A stretch of DNA of 64,000 nt from Candidatus Multivorans sp. (GCA_965247095.1 OZ251997.1:3200001-3264000), one strand, 5' to 3'; shown: positions 9,308 through 18,817, counted from the stretch's first letter. Notes: generated by a model from the letters alone, not told the origin. Numbers and translations: made by a program.

Positions 9308-10866
9308 CGGTCCAGAACCTGTTCCCGGCACTCAAAGCTCGCCGCATCCTCGGCGCTTCCGCTACCCGAGTAGACCGCGACGAGCGGATAGCGGCAGATG
9401 GGCCTCGACCTGACGATCGCGCCCCCGCCATTCCGGCGCACGCCGTACAGCGTCTCGGGCGCGATGCCTTCCTCGACCCAGCGGACGACGGCCGCGAACG
9501 GGTTGTCGGGCGACAGGCCCGGAACGTGTCGGCAGTGCTCGACGCCGGAAGGCAGGAACAGGCGCAGGAAGTCGCCGGTCTCGCCCATGCGGTTCTCGAC
9601 GCCTTCGAACCAGTCGATCGTGCCCTGGGCGTAGATCAGCGGATCGTTCCAGCCGTGCCAGACGATCGCCTTGCCGCCGCGGTCTCGGAAGCCGGAGAGG
9701 TCGGTGCGGTCGGTGCCGAACACGCGCCCGAACTCCTCGACGGACTGATCCCAGTAGTGCTCGTAGGAGGCGTGGGTCATCCCGGTCCAGTCGAACTCGG
9801 GGTCGCGGGCGAGGAAGTAGCGAAACCAGTCGAGCGTGATGCGCAGCGGTCGGCCCATGGGGGGATCGCCGGCGGTGCCGCTGAGCGGAAGGAAGTTGGC
9901 GCCGCGCGTCAGGCCGTACCAGAGGAAGGAGCCGTCCCGCCTGCGGGGGCCTTCCAGGATCTTGCGAATGACGGCGACATCGGCCTCTGTGATCCTGCCG
10001 CAGCCTTCGGCTTCGGCGCCCAGCAGTTCCGCGGGATCGAACGGGCACTGCCGCGGCTCGGGGATCACGCCGTCGGCGACGCCGTCCTGGAGGTCGCAGG
10101 CTTCGACGGCCTTCTCCTGGGCGAGCCGGAACCGGCACGGCTGCACGAAGTGGCCACTCTCAAGCATGACGAGTTGGCCCCACATCTGCGCGAGGTGCAG
10201 CCGGTCCCAGTTGATCGCCGGTGCGCCGGAGAGCACGCCGTCGTAGTCGTCGGGGTAGCGCTGGATCTCCATCAGCCCCTGGCGGCCGCCGGTCGAGCAG
10301 CCCCGGAAGTAGGAGTACCGGGGCGCCCGGTCGTAGAAGGCCGCGGTCAGCTCCTTGCCCACCCGGGTCATCGCGTGGATGCCGAGGTAGGCGTTGTCCC
10401 GGATCAGCATCCACTCCAGGCTGCCGTCGGCGCCGAGTGCGAAGCTGCCGCTCCCGCCAGCGTGACCGGTGTCGGTGGCGGCTGCGGCGAAGCCCTCCCG
10501 GACGGCGCCCGGCAAGGGGCCCGGGCTGCCACCGGAAAAGCCACCGCCGCCGGTACCGAGGAAGCGGCCGTTCCAGCCTTCGAGGGGAAGGGCGACCCAG
10601 ATCGTTATGCGGTCGCCGGCCGGCGGGTGCCCGGCGACAACCGTTACCCGGCAGTAGGAAGGTCCGGCGTCACCTGCGGCATCCACGGTCGCGGACTCGA
10701 CGGTGGCGTCGGCGTCGGCGGTGGCGTCGGCGAGCTCCATGCCGGCCAAGCTCTCGCAGGTGCGTGCCGGTTCGACGGGGCCGTAGAGGGGCGGCGGAGC
10801 CCACTGCGCCGCCGCGGGGACGGCGAGGGCCAGGACGAGGATGGCGGTGATCAGGGAGTGCTTCAG
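9304..10866 (-). CDS. Tannase/feruloyl esterase family secreted hydrolase
   Basis: WNGRFLGTGGGG, TDTGH, GCSTGGRQ, HGWND, GVEHC, RPICRYP; the signal peptide requires a CTG start at 10866. Confidence 0.88.
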   Translation of the reverse strand: MKHSLITAILVLALAVPAAAQWAPPPLYGPVEPARTCESLAGMELADATADADATVESATVDAAGDAGPSYCRVTVVAGHPPAGDRITIWVALPLEGWNGRFLGTGGGGFSGGSPGPLPGAVREGFAAAATDTGHAGGSGSFALGADGSLEWMLIRDNAYLGIHAMTRVGKELTAAFYDRAPRYSYFRGCSTGGRQGLMEIQRYPDDYDGVLSGAPAINWDRLHLAQMWGQLVMLESGHFVQPCRFRLAQEKAVEACDLQDGVADGVIPEPRQCPFDPAELLGAEAEGCGRITEADVAVIRKILEGPRRRDGSFLWYGLTRGANFLPLSGTAGDPPMGRPLRITLDWFRYFLARDPEFDWTGMTHASYEHYWDQSVEEFGRVFGTDRTDLSGFRDRGGKAIVWHGWNDPLIYAQGTIDWFEGVENRMGETGDFLRLFLPSGVEHCRHVPGLSPDNPFAAVVRWVEEGIAPETLYGVRRNGGGAIVRSRPICRYPLVAVYSGSGSAEDAASFECREQVLDR

Positions 10867-10912
10867 GAGTGGGTCTCCGGGGCAGCCACACGGAAGCCGG
10901 CGCTACGCGCCG

Positions 10913-11009
10913 GATGCGGGCAGGATGCCCGCGTGCCATCCGTGCGCCCCAGGACGGGCGCACGGACTGGGTCGCGAGTGGCGCGGATCGCGCCACTCGG
11001 GTTCCCAGG
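10913..11009 (+). repeat. Composite palindromic repeat (REP + 68-bp module), plus partial copy 11014-11038
   Basis: Three hairpins ending in GTTCCCAGG, between divergent hydrolase genes. Confidence 0.85.
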
Positions 11010-11095
11010 AGATGCGGATCGCGCCACCCGGTTGCCAGAAGCAGAGGGTATCGTCCGCGGCACACCGCATCTGAGTCGCCACCAGGAGACTGAAC

Positions 11096-12187
11096 ATGAA
11101 GAGATTGAACTCCCGAACCCTCCCGGCCGTTCCGCTGGTGCTTGCACTGGCCCTGGCCGCGGCATCCACGCTCGCCGGCCCGCCGCAGGCGGCGGCCCAG
11201 GAGCCGGGCTCGGCTGGCGCCTGGACCATCGGCGAGCACGTCGTGCCTGCGCCCGCGGGCGCCAGCGACGAGCTCCAGGCAGCCCTCGCCGCCATACCCG
11301 CCCCCAACGTGGCGGCGTCGCGACAGCAAGTCCCACAGAACGAGGAACAGTGGCTGGCGATGCAGGCGGTGTCCGCCAACGCCGATCTCGAGCAGATGGC
11401 CGGCGGCTTCGGGCTGTCGATCGAGAAGGACGAGATCGAGGGCGTGCCGGTCTACCGGGTGACGCCGAACAAGGTCGATCCGCGACACACGGATCACCTC
11501 TTCCTGCACGTCCACGGCGGCGCCTACGTCCTCGGCGGCGGTGATGCGGCGGCCTCCGAGGCCGCCTTGGTGGCGGCTCGAGCCGGCATCCCGGCCGTCT
11601 CCGTCGACTACCGCATGCCGCCGAAGCACCCGTTCCCCGCCGCTGTCGACGATGTCGTCAAGGTCTACCGGCATCTCCTGGAGAGCCGATCGGCGAAGTC
11701 GATTGCCATCGGCGGCACCTCAACGGGCGGGGGTTTGTCGCTGGCGTCCGTTCATCGCTTCCGGGCACTGGGCCTCGAGACACCCGGCGCCATCTACGCG
11801 GGAACACCGTGGGCAGACCTGACCAAGACGGGGGACACCCTGTTCACCAACGAAGGGCTGGATCGCGTTCTCGTGACCTACGACGGGCTCCTGGGGGCGG
11901 CCGCGCGGCTGTACGCCGGCGACCACGACCTCAAGGACCCGCTCATCTCCCCTGTGTACGGTGATTTCGCGGGATTTCCGCCGACGTTTCTCATCACCGG
12001 CACACGCGACCTGTTCCTGAGCGACACGGCGCGCACCCACCGCAAGCTGCGCGCGGCGGGAGTGGACGCCGACCTTCACGTCTACGAAGGCGTCGCGCAC
12101 GCGGACTATCTGATCCTCACCGAATCGCCGGAGTCGAAGGACGTGTTCAGGGAGGTCGGCGCGTTCTTCAAGAAGCACCTGGAGTGA
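11096..12187 (+). CDS. Secreted alpha/beta hydrolase (HSL family esterase, GTSAG-type)
   Basis: Signal peptide, HGGAY, VDYRMPP, GTSTGG, GTRDLF, His in GVAH; RBS AGGAG. Confidence 0.9.
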   Translation: MKRLNSRTLPAVPLVLALALAAASTLAGPPQAAAQEPGSAGAWTIGEHVVPAPAGASDELQAALAAIPAPNVAASRQQVPQNEEQWLAMQAVSANADLEQMAGGFGLSIEKDEIEGVPVYRVTPNKVDPRHTDHLFLHVHGGAYVLGGGDAAASEAALVAARAGIPAVSVDYRMPPKHPFPAAVDDVVKVYRHLLESRSAKSIAIGGTSTGGGLSLASVHRFRALGLETPGAIYAGTPWADLTKTGDTLFTNEGLDRVLVTYDGLLGAAARLYAGDHDLKDPLISPVYGDFAGFPPTFLITGTRDLFLSDTARTHRKLRAAGVDADLHVYEGVAHADYLILTESPESKDVFREVGAFFKKHLE

Positions 12188-12208
12188 TCGGGCTGGCGCT
12201 GCGCGCCC

Positions 12209-12305
12209 GATGCGGGCGAGACGCCCGGGTTCCATCCGTGCGCCCGGTGACGGGCGCGCGGAGTGGTTCGCGGGTGGCGCGGAGCGCGCCACCCGGGTTC
12301 CCAGG
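12209..12305 (+). repeat. Composite palindromic repeat (REP + 68-bp module)
   Basis: Same three-hairpin unit between convergent genes. Confidence 0.85.
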
Positions 12306-12316
12306 TGTTCCGGGTG

Positions 12317-12688
12317 CTAGCTGCTGCGGTTGGCCGTGAACTCGCGCTCGCGCCGGGGGGTGACCATCTTGCCGGTCATCGTGTCGCCGTCGACGGACGC
12401 CTCGTAGTTGAGGTTGAAGGTCTGACCACCCCTGCCCACCTCGCGTCCGAACTTCAGCATCTCGCCGTCCCAGGACACGTCCTTCAGGTCGCCCGAGTTG
12501 CGCGGGTTGCTCCAGGCGCCCTTGAGTTCTCCCTCGACCTCCGTGAACTCGTACACGACCTCGAAGGTGCCTTGGGGCGTTTCGGCCATCGACGTCCACT
12601 TGCCGAGGACGGGGGCGTTGTCGGCTGCCAGCGCGGCCGGGGCCAGCGCCAGGACGACGGCAGCGGCGATCAGTACGGTCTGTCTCAT
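12317..12688 (-). CDS. Secreted hypothetical beta-rich protein
   Basis: Signal peptide ending ALA-AD; GKW...GDTMTG...FTANR. Confidence 0.75.
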   Translation of the reverse strand: MRQTVLIAAAVVLALAPAALAADNAPVLGKWTSMAETPQGTFEVVYEFTEVEGELKGAWSNPRNSGDLKDVSWDGEMLKFGREVGRGGQTFNLNYEASVDGDTMTGKMVTPRREREFTANRSS

Positions 12689-12733
12689 GGCAGGCTCCTC
12701 GACTGTTGTTCGGATGCGGGTATCTTAGCCGTG

Positions 12734-13483
12734 ATGAAGATCGATCACTTCATGTACGCGGTCGCCTCGCTCGACGAAGGCATGGCGTGGGCCGAGGACG
12801 CGTTCGGCGTGGCGCCCGTCTTCGGCGGCTCCCATGTCGGCCTCGGAACCCGGAACGCCCTGCTTGCCTTGCGAGCTAGCGCCGCAGAACGCAGCGAAGC
12901 GAGTTCGGGGCGCAAGCTCGCAGGCGAGGACGGGATGGGCCGAAACACCGAGCCTGCGAGGCGTTTCGGGGCGCTGGGCGACACCTACCTTGAGATCATC
13001 GCGCCGGACCCCGCGCAGTCGGTCGAGAACCAGATGGTGGAGCGCATGTTGAAGCTCAGCGCGGGCGGACTGGTGACCTGGGCGGCGGAAGGCGATCTCA
13101 CGGTCACGAAGGGCCTGCTCGAAGAAGCCGGGATCTCGTCCGTTGGCCCCGCCGAGACAAGGCGGCGTACGGCCGAAGGGGGATTGCTGATCTGGGATCT
13201 GCTCTTTCCGCAGGACGGCGGCTACGGGATGCCCTTCTTCATCGACTGGCGGGATTGCCCCCACCCGGCGGCGACGACGCCGGTGGGCGGGACGCTGCTG
13301 TCGCTCGGGATCTCGACGCCGGATGCGGAGGCGCTCGGAGCGGTGCTCGCGACGATCGGGCTCAACGTCGAGGTCTCGGAGGGAGAGGCGAGGTTGGAGG
13401 TAGCGATCGAAGGCACGAAGGGGCCCGTCGTCCTGGCTTCCACCGACGAGACCCGCCGGCTGCAGCCGTCCTCGCGGCGTTGA
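12734..13483 (+). CDS. VOC/glyoxalase-like domain protein with a 35-aa in-frame insertion
   Basis: MKIDH...GGSHVGLGTRNALLAL[insert]GDTYLEIIAPDP...PFFIDW...HPA. Confidence 0.85.
   Translation: MKIDHFMYAVASLDEGMAWAEDAFGVAPVFGGSHVGLGTRNALLALRASAAERSEASSGRKLAGEDGMGRNTEPARRFGALGDTYLEIIAPDPAQSVENQMVERMLKLSAGGLVTWAAEGDLTVTKGLLEEAGISSVGPAETRRRTAEGGLLIWDLLFPQDGGYGMPFFIDWRDCPHPAATTPVGGTLLSLGISTPDAEALGAVLATIGLNVEVSEGEARLEVAIEGTKGPVVLASTDETRRLQPSSRR
12866..12970. repeat. 105-bp double-hairpin palindromic element inside the VOC CDS
   Basis: GCCTTGCGAGCT...AGCTCGCAGGC long stem and CCGAAACACC...GGCGTTTCGG second stem; length is 35 codons. Confidence 0.7.
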
Positions 13484-13518
13484 CACCGTGCCTGCCTGAG
13501 CGGAAGCCGCCTACGGCG

Positions 13519-13716
13519 GATGCGGGCAAGATGCCCGCGTGCCATCCGTGCGCCCGATGACGGGCGCGCGGAGTGGTTCACGGATGGCGCGGAACGCGCC
13601 ACCCGGGTTCCCAGGTCCAGATGCGGGCGGGACGCCCGCGTTCCATCCGCGCGCCCGATGACGGGCGCACGGACTGGTTCACGGATGGCGCGGAACGCGC
13701 CACCCGGGTTCCCAGG
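13519..13716 (+). repeat. Two tandem composite palindromic repeats (13519-13615, 13620-13716)
   Basis: Two ~97-bp near-identical units separated by 4 bp. Confidence 0.9.
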
Positions 13717-13808
13717 GGCCGGAGAGTCACACCTCCAGGATCCTGTAGTTTGTCGGCCGCACGCAAGCACACAAGGTCCGACCGCGCGAAACGACAAGGA
13801 GAAGCACG

Positions 13809-14492
13809 ATGACCCCGAACAACCAGGATAGGCCCATTCGTCGAGTTGGGCGTCTAGTCGCGATCGCGGCCATCGGCCTCGCGGCCGCCATCCCGGCTGC
13901 CGCTCAGCTCAACATCGACGATTGGGCCGAACAGGCGGGGCGCGACATCGTGTGGAAGCAGACCCAGTTGAGCGACACCGTCTACCTGCTCCTGCCCGAG
14001 CCGGGGCTGGCGGGCAACCTCGCGGTCTCAGCGGGCGAGGACGGCATCCTGATCGTCGACGATGCGATGATCCCGGTGGCGCCGAAGATCAAGGCGGCGG
14101 TCGAGAAGATCCAGAAGGGCAGGATCGACTTCGTGGTCAACAGCCACGGCGACCAGTTCCCGAACCTCGGCGGCTACCCGTACATCGATCGGGACGTTGG
14201 CGGCAGTGCCCTCGGCCTGCGCGACAACATGGCCCAACTGCTCGAGATCGTGGACGACGAGACGAAGATCATTCCCGGCCACGGGCCGCTGGCGACGAAG
14301 GCCGATCTGCAGAAGTACCATGACTACGTCGCGGAGACGATCGACTACATCGAGGGCCAGAAGAGCGCCGGCAAGTCGCTCGAAGAGGTCCAGGAGGCCG
14401 GTCTGCCGGAGAAGTACGCGCCGTACGGCAACGGCCCGCTGTCGCCGGCACCGGTCTGGATCGGGTACGTCTGGGCGAGCCTCGACGACTGA
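13809..14492 (+). pseudogene. MBL-fold metallo-hydrolase with in-frame internal deletion
   Basis: GN...GEDGILIVD...VVNSH|GDQF...IIPGHG; the HxHxDH motif and the middle of the fold are absent. Confidence 0.7.
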
Positions 14493-14502
14493 GAAGGCAC
14501 CC

Positions 14503-15312
14503 GTGCTAGTCCCCACTCCTCCGTCGGGCGCGGCGATATCCAACGACGTCGTGATCGACGTCCGGGAACTCCGAAAGAGCTACAAGGATCTTGTGGCTGT
14601 GGAGGGGATCTCGTTCGAGGTCTATCGCGGCGAGATCTTCGGCATGCTGGGGCCCAACGGCGCCGGCAAGACGACCACGGTTGAGATTCTGGAGGGACTG
14701 CGCGACCTGGACGGCGGCGAAGCGTTCATCAATGGCATCGACGTCACGAAGAACCGGCGACGCGTCAAGGGCATGATCGGCGTGCAGCTCCAACAGAACG
14801 CGTTCTTCGACAATCTGACGCTCAGAGAGACGGTCCAACTCTTCGCGACACTCTACGGCTCGAGCGCGTCGCCGGACGAGATGTTGGCCAAGGTCGATCT
14901 GGCGGACCGGGCCAGGTCACAGTACAAACACCTGTCCGGAGGCCAGAGGCAGCGCTTCTCGATCGCAGTCGCCATGGTCAACCAGCCGGTGGCGATGTTC
15001 CTCGACGAACCGACGACGGGGCTCGATCCTCAGGCCCGCCGCAACATGTGGAAACTGATCGACGGCCTGCGCTCCGACGGCATGGCGATCATGTTGACGA
15101 CCCACTACATGGAGGAAGCGGAAGTCCTTTGCGACCGCGTAGCGGTGATCGATCACGGTGCGATCGTCGCCATCGACAAGCCGCAGGTGCTGATCGAGCA
15201 GTTGGCGGGCCGCGGCGGAGAATCAGTCCGCAGGGACGGGGCGTTGACGCTGGAAGATGTCTTCATCGATCTGACCGGACACGGTCTCGCCGAAGAGGGG
15301 TTGTCAGATTGA
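14503..15312 (+). CDS. ABC-2 type transporter ATP-binding protein
   Basis: GPNGAGKT, LSGGQRQR, FLDEPT, TTHYMEEA. Confidence 0.93.
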   Translation: MLVPTPPSGAAISNDVVIDVRELRKSYKDLVAVEGISFEVYRGEIFGMLGPNGAGKTTTVEILEGLRDLDGGEAFINGIDVTKNRRRVKGMIGVQLQQNAFFDNLTLRETVQLFATLYGSSASPDEMLAKVDLADRARSQYKHLSGGQRQRFSIAVAMVNQPVAMFLDEPTTGLDPQARRNMWKLIDGLRSDGMAIMLTTHYMEEAEVLCDRVAVIDHGAIVAIDKPQVLIEQLAGRGGESVRRDGALTLEDVFIDLTGHGLAEEGLSD

Positions 15313-16427
15313 AGATCTACAGCGCGTTCGTGGTCGCGGAGTTGAAGATGTTCTTCCGCGACCGCGCGGCGCTCTTCTGGTCGCTGGCGTTTCCGACCGT
15401 GATGATGGTCGTCTTCGGCCTGTTCGACTTCGGCAGCTTCGCCCCGCCGGCGGTCGGCATCGTGGACAACGCCAGGAACGAGGCGTCGGCCGTTCTGGTG
15501 TCCGTGTTGAAGGGCGAGTTCGACGGTGAACCGCTCTTCAACGTGCCGGACTCCGACGATGCGGAGTACCTGCGGGCCGAAGTCCTGGCCGGCGACGTCA
15601 CCGCGCTGATGGTGATACCGGAAGACTTCGGCGAACTCGGTTCCACTTCAGTTCTCGACCTCACCTTCGACGGCAGGAAAGCCCAGGAGGCGGAAGCGGC
15701 CCGCGCCATCCTGGGACAGGTGCTCGAAGGCGTGTTCAAGACGGTCGCCGACGTTCCGGCCGAGTACCGGGTCGAGAACTGGGCAACGATTTCGGCCAAC
15801 GAAGTCGCCGGGCGCGGCCAGGGCTTCAAGGGGTTCATCGTGCCCGGCATCGTCTCGCTGTCCATCATGCAGAGCGCGCTTTTCGGCGTGGTGTTCACGC
15901 TCGTCCGGTTGCGAAACCAGGGCGTGCTCAAGCGCCTGTTTGCCACGCCCATCAGCCCGAAGCACTTCCTGGTGGGCTCGCTCACAACAAGGCTCCTGTT
16001 GCTGGTGATGCAGACTTACGTGCTGCTGTGCGTCGGCATCCTCGTGGCCGGCGTCGAGGTGTCTCCGGGCTACGCGCTGTTCTGGCTGGAGGTGATCCCC
16101 TTGATCTTCCTCGGCGGGATCGTGTTCGCCTCCCTGGGCCTGGCGATCTCGGGCATCGCGAAGACGGAGAACACGGCGGCGCCGCTCGCGAACATCGTGT
16201 CGCTGCCGATGATGTTCCTGTCGGGCGTGTTCATCCCCCAGGGTGCGATGCCGGACTGGCTCGTCGCCTTCGCGAAGTGGCTGCCGCTGACCTTCCTGGC
16301 CGACGCGATGCGAGCGATGGTCAACAGCGGTGAAACGCTATTCGTGCAGACCGGCCCGCTCCTGGGGCTGGCAGTGTGGGCAGCCCTCTGCTTCGCACTC
16401 GCCGTGCGGGCGTTCCGGTGGGAGTGA
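15309..16427 (+). CDS. ABC-2 type transporter permease
   Basis: FFRDRAALFWSLAFP, multiple TMs, FLSGVFIP, LPLT; TTG start overlapping the ATPase stop. Confidence 0.9.
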   Translation: MKIYSAFVVAELKMFFRDRAALFWSLAFPTVMMVVFGLFDFGSFAPPAVGIVDNARNEASAVLVSVLKGEFDGEPLFNVPDSDDAEYLRAEVLAGDVTALMVIPEDFGELGSTSVLDLTFDGRKAQEAEAARAILGQVLEGVFKTVADVPAEYRVENWATISANEVAGRGQGFKGFIVPGIVSLSIMQSALFGVVFTLVRLRNQGVLKRLFATPISPKHFLVGSLTTRLLLLVMQTYVLLCVGILVAGVEVSPGYALFWLEVIPLIFLGGIVFASLGLAISGIAKTENTAAPLANIVSLPMMFLSGVFIPQGAMPDWLVAFAKWLPLTFLADAMRAMVNSGETLFVQTGPLLGLAVWAALCFALAVRAFRWE

Positions 16428-16453
16428 TCGCCGCGCGACGTTGAGGGGCGCCG

Positions 16454-17527
16454 CTAGTTGCCGCCCGAACTCTGCGGCTGGTCGTACTCGGACTCGAGCA
16501 GGCGAGCGCCGCGCAGAACGTTGCCCATCGCATAGTTGCCTTCGTGACAGGCGTACTCGTAGACGCGACTGTCCTTGGCCTTCCAGGTGTACTCACCAGC
16601 CCAGGGCCCCGTCCACGCGTTCGGATCTTCGACCCGGAAGTGGTAGAGCAGATCGCCCTCTTCGGTCCTGGTGAAGCGCTCCTCCACGTGCATGCTCTCG
16701 CTGCCTCCGGGGAGGCCGGTTTCGTTGCGGAAGTTGCGGGTGTCCACAACCAGGGTGTCGCCCTCCCAGTGGCCGATGCCGTCGCCGAGCCACCAGTTGA
16801 CGCCCTCGGGGCTGTGCTCGGAGTCGATGCGCACGATCCGCGCGTCGTGCACCATCTCCGCCAGGATGACGACGTGGTTCTCGGTCTGGACGATCCGGAG
16901 ATAGTTGTTGTACAGGCTGGGCAGCAACGGAGGTCCGCCAACGAAGCCGAGCAGGCAACGCTCGGCCAGGGCCAGGGTCTCGGGGCCGTCGAACGGCCCG
17001 GGTCCGTCATGGTCGAGCCAGGACGCGGTGCCGTCGTTGTTGTGGATAAACGAGGCGAAGTTCCTCGCGATCCGGCGCATTCCCGCCGGCGTCATCATCG
17101 GCCGCCGACCGCTCGGCGGATCGTAGATGATCGAAGTACGGAACTTGCCGTCCACCACGACGGCCTCGGAGCCGGGGTCGATCCAGAACGCGTTGTAGCC
17201 GCCGACACCGCCGCCGCCGAAGCGGTTGTCGCCATCGCCGCCCTTCTTGGGCGCTCCGCGCTCCGCGCCGCCACCTTTGTCTTCTTCGATGGACCGCCAG
17301 AACTCTTCCCTCTGCTCTTCGAGCGCTTTCGCTTCCTCGGCGGTCAGGTACAGGTTGTCGCCGTACTGCGCCGGACGATCGACCGGAGTGACCGTTCCGG
17401 CGTCATACACCCCCGACAGATCGGGTTTGCCGTCAGACAGGCGCTTGATGCCGTCGCCCGTCTCGGCCATGGCCGGCAGAGCGATCAGGAGGAACGAGGC
17501 GACCGAGGCGATGATGAGCTTGCGCAT
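16454..17527 (-). CDS. Secreted hypothetical protein (GKPDLSG...YACHEGN type)
   Basis: Signal peptide; G-GHWEGDTLVVDT, ERFTR and EYACHEGNY motifs. Confidence 0.8.
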   Translation of the reverse strand: MRKLIIASVASFLLIALPAMAETGDGIKRLSDGKPDLSGVYDAGTVTPVDRPAQYGDNLYLTAEEAKALEEQREEFWRSIEEDKGGGAERGAPKKGGDGDNRFGGGGVGGYNAFWIDPGSEAVVVDGKFRTSIIYDPPSGRRPMMTPAGMRRIARNFASFIHNNDGTASWLDHDGPGPFDGPETLALAERCLLGFVGGPPLLPSLYNNYLRIVQTENHVVILAEMVHDARIVRIDSEHSPEGVNWWLGDGIGHWEGDTLVVDTRNFRNETGLPGGSESMHVEERFTRTEEGDLLYHFRVEDPNAWTGPWAGEYTWKAKDSRVYEYACHEGNYAMGNVLRGARLLESEYDQPQSSGGN

Positions 17528-17645
17528 GGCTTGAGTCCTTCCTTGGCAGCCTGGATCGGTCCGTGCGACCGGGCAAGCATGCTAGCACTCGCGGGCACCG
17601 GCTTTGGCAGCGCTACAGTGGTTTCAGAGAGGAACGACCAGCGAG

Positions 17646-18293
17646 ATGAGGACGAGGCAGAAAGGCGTTCCGGCACATCGCTCGAAGGGTCCCGAGCGCC
17701 CCCTGCTCGCGGCTGTAGGCCTCTGCGCTCTGCTCCAGGCGCTCCCCGCGGCAGTTCAGCCGCAGGGTCCTCCGGAGGAGCCGGCGGTCGAGCAGGTCGA
17801 GCTGAACGGGGTCCTCCACGAGGTGCCGCCGCCCTGGCGCGGCCATCGGATCGGGGAGGCCGCCGACCCGGCCGAACTGGTCCGAGTGCCGCCCGACCTG
17901 AGCGGAAGCCTCGGCATCTACATCACGCCGGAGACCCTGGACGCGCTGGTGGCAATGGCTGCCGACGCGGGGGAGGACGGGATCGAGTTGGAAGTGGACT
18001 CGGGCTTCCGTAGCTTCAGCTTCCAGAAGCGGATCCTGGAAGGCCTGCTAGCGGAGGGCAGACCGTTTCTGAATGCCGTGCGCTGGACCGCCCCGCCGGG
18101 CTACTCGGAGCACATGACGGGCCGCGTCGTCGATTTCGTTCCCAGCGACGCGACCTTCAAGGACATGCCGGCGTACCAGTGGCTGCGGCAACACGCGGCC
18201 GACTTCTGCTTCACGGAGAGCTACCCGCTCGGCAACGCCGGCGGCTTTGATTGGGAACCGTGGCACTGGCGCTACGACGACTGCGACGAGTAG
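17646..18293 (+). CDS. D-alanyl-D-alanine carboxypeptidase, M15B/VanY family
   Basis: SGFRS, APPGYSEHMTG...D, WEPWHWRY zinc motifs. Confidence 0.88.
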   Translation: MRTRQKGVPAHRSKGPERPLLAAVGLCALLQALPAAVQPQGPPEEPAVEQVELNGVLHEVPPPWRGHRIGEAADPAELVRVPPDLSGSLGIYITPETLDALVAMAADAGEDGIELEVDSGFRSFSFQKRILEGLLAEGRPFLNAVRWTAPPGYSEHMTGRVVDFVPSDATFKDMPAYQWLRQHAADFCFTESYPLGNAGGFDWEPWHWRYDDCDE

Positions 18294-18349
18294 CGTCGCC
18301 TGCCGGGCGAGTGACGCCCCAACTTCCCGCCACACCCAGGAGCACATCC

Positions 18350-18781
18350 ATGCCGAGTTTCGAGAACCACGTCTACCCGCGGGACCCGGAGCAGATCGCC
18401 GCCATGCAGGAGCCCGGTCCACACGGCCCGATCTACATGGTCAATCTGCTGAAGTTCAAGGCGAAGGCCGAGTACACCGATGGCCGCGAGACGGATCTCA
18501 CCGGGCGCGAGGCCTACCAGATCTACGGCCGGGCAGTCAGCGAGATCATCCAGGACTTCGGCGGGCACGTCGTCTTTGCCGCAGACGTGACGAACCTCTC
18601 GCTCGGGCGGGTCGAGGACCTCTGGGACGAGGTCGCAATCGCCTGCTACCCGAAGCGCGCCGCCCTGGTCGCGATGTCGACGTCGGAACCCTGGCGCAAA
18701 GCCGCCGTCCACCGCGAAGCGGGCCTGGCCGGTCAGCTCAACATCGAGACGGTTTCTGCTGCCGGATTTGGCGGAGATTGA
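18350..18781 (+). CDS. DUF1330 domain protein
   Basis: GPIYMVNLLKFK, TGREAY, WDEVAIACYP, HREAGL; RBS AGGAG. Confidence 0.8.
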   Translation: MPSFENHVYPRDPEQIAAMQEPGPHGPIYMVNLLKFKAKAEYTDGRETDLTGREAYQIYGRAVSEIIQDFGGHVVFAADVTNLSLGRVEDLWDEVAIACYPKRAALVAMSTSEPWRKAAVHREAGLAGQLNIETVSAAGFGGD

Positions 18782-18817
18782 GCCGGCGGGGTAGTGCCGG
18801 CTGGTGCCTTGAAACGC

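Noticed and set aside
9526-11544. Long antisense/alternate-frame ORFs (also 1026-2384, 3122-4591, 16544-18013, 48333-49988, 56283-58421)
   Set aside because: Shadow ORFs of real genes in high-GC DNA, with no recognisable motifs.
13519-13716. Tandem repeats as a CRISPR array
   Set aside because: Units are ~97 bp with a 4-bp gap, no unique spacers and no cas genes; they belong to the dispersed palindromic family.
17646-18293. vanY as part of a glycopeptide-resistance cluster
   Set aside because: No vanHAX or vanRS nearby; stand-alone M15B peptidases are common.
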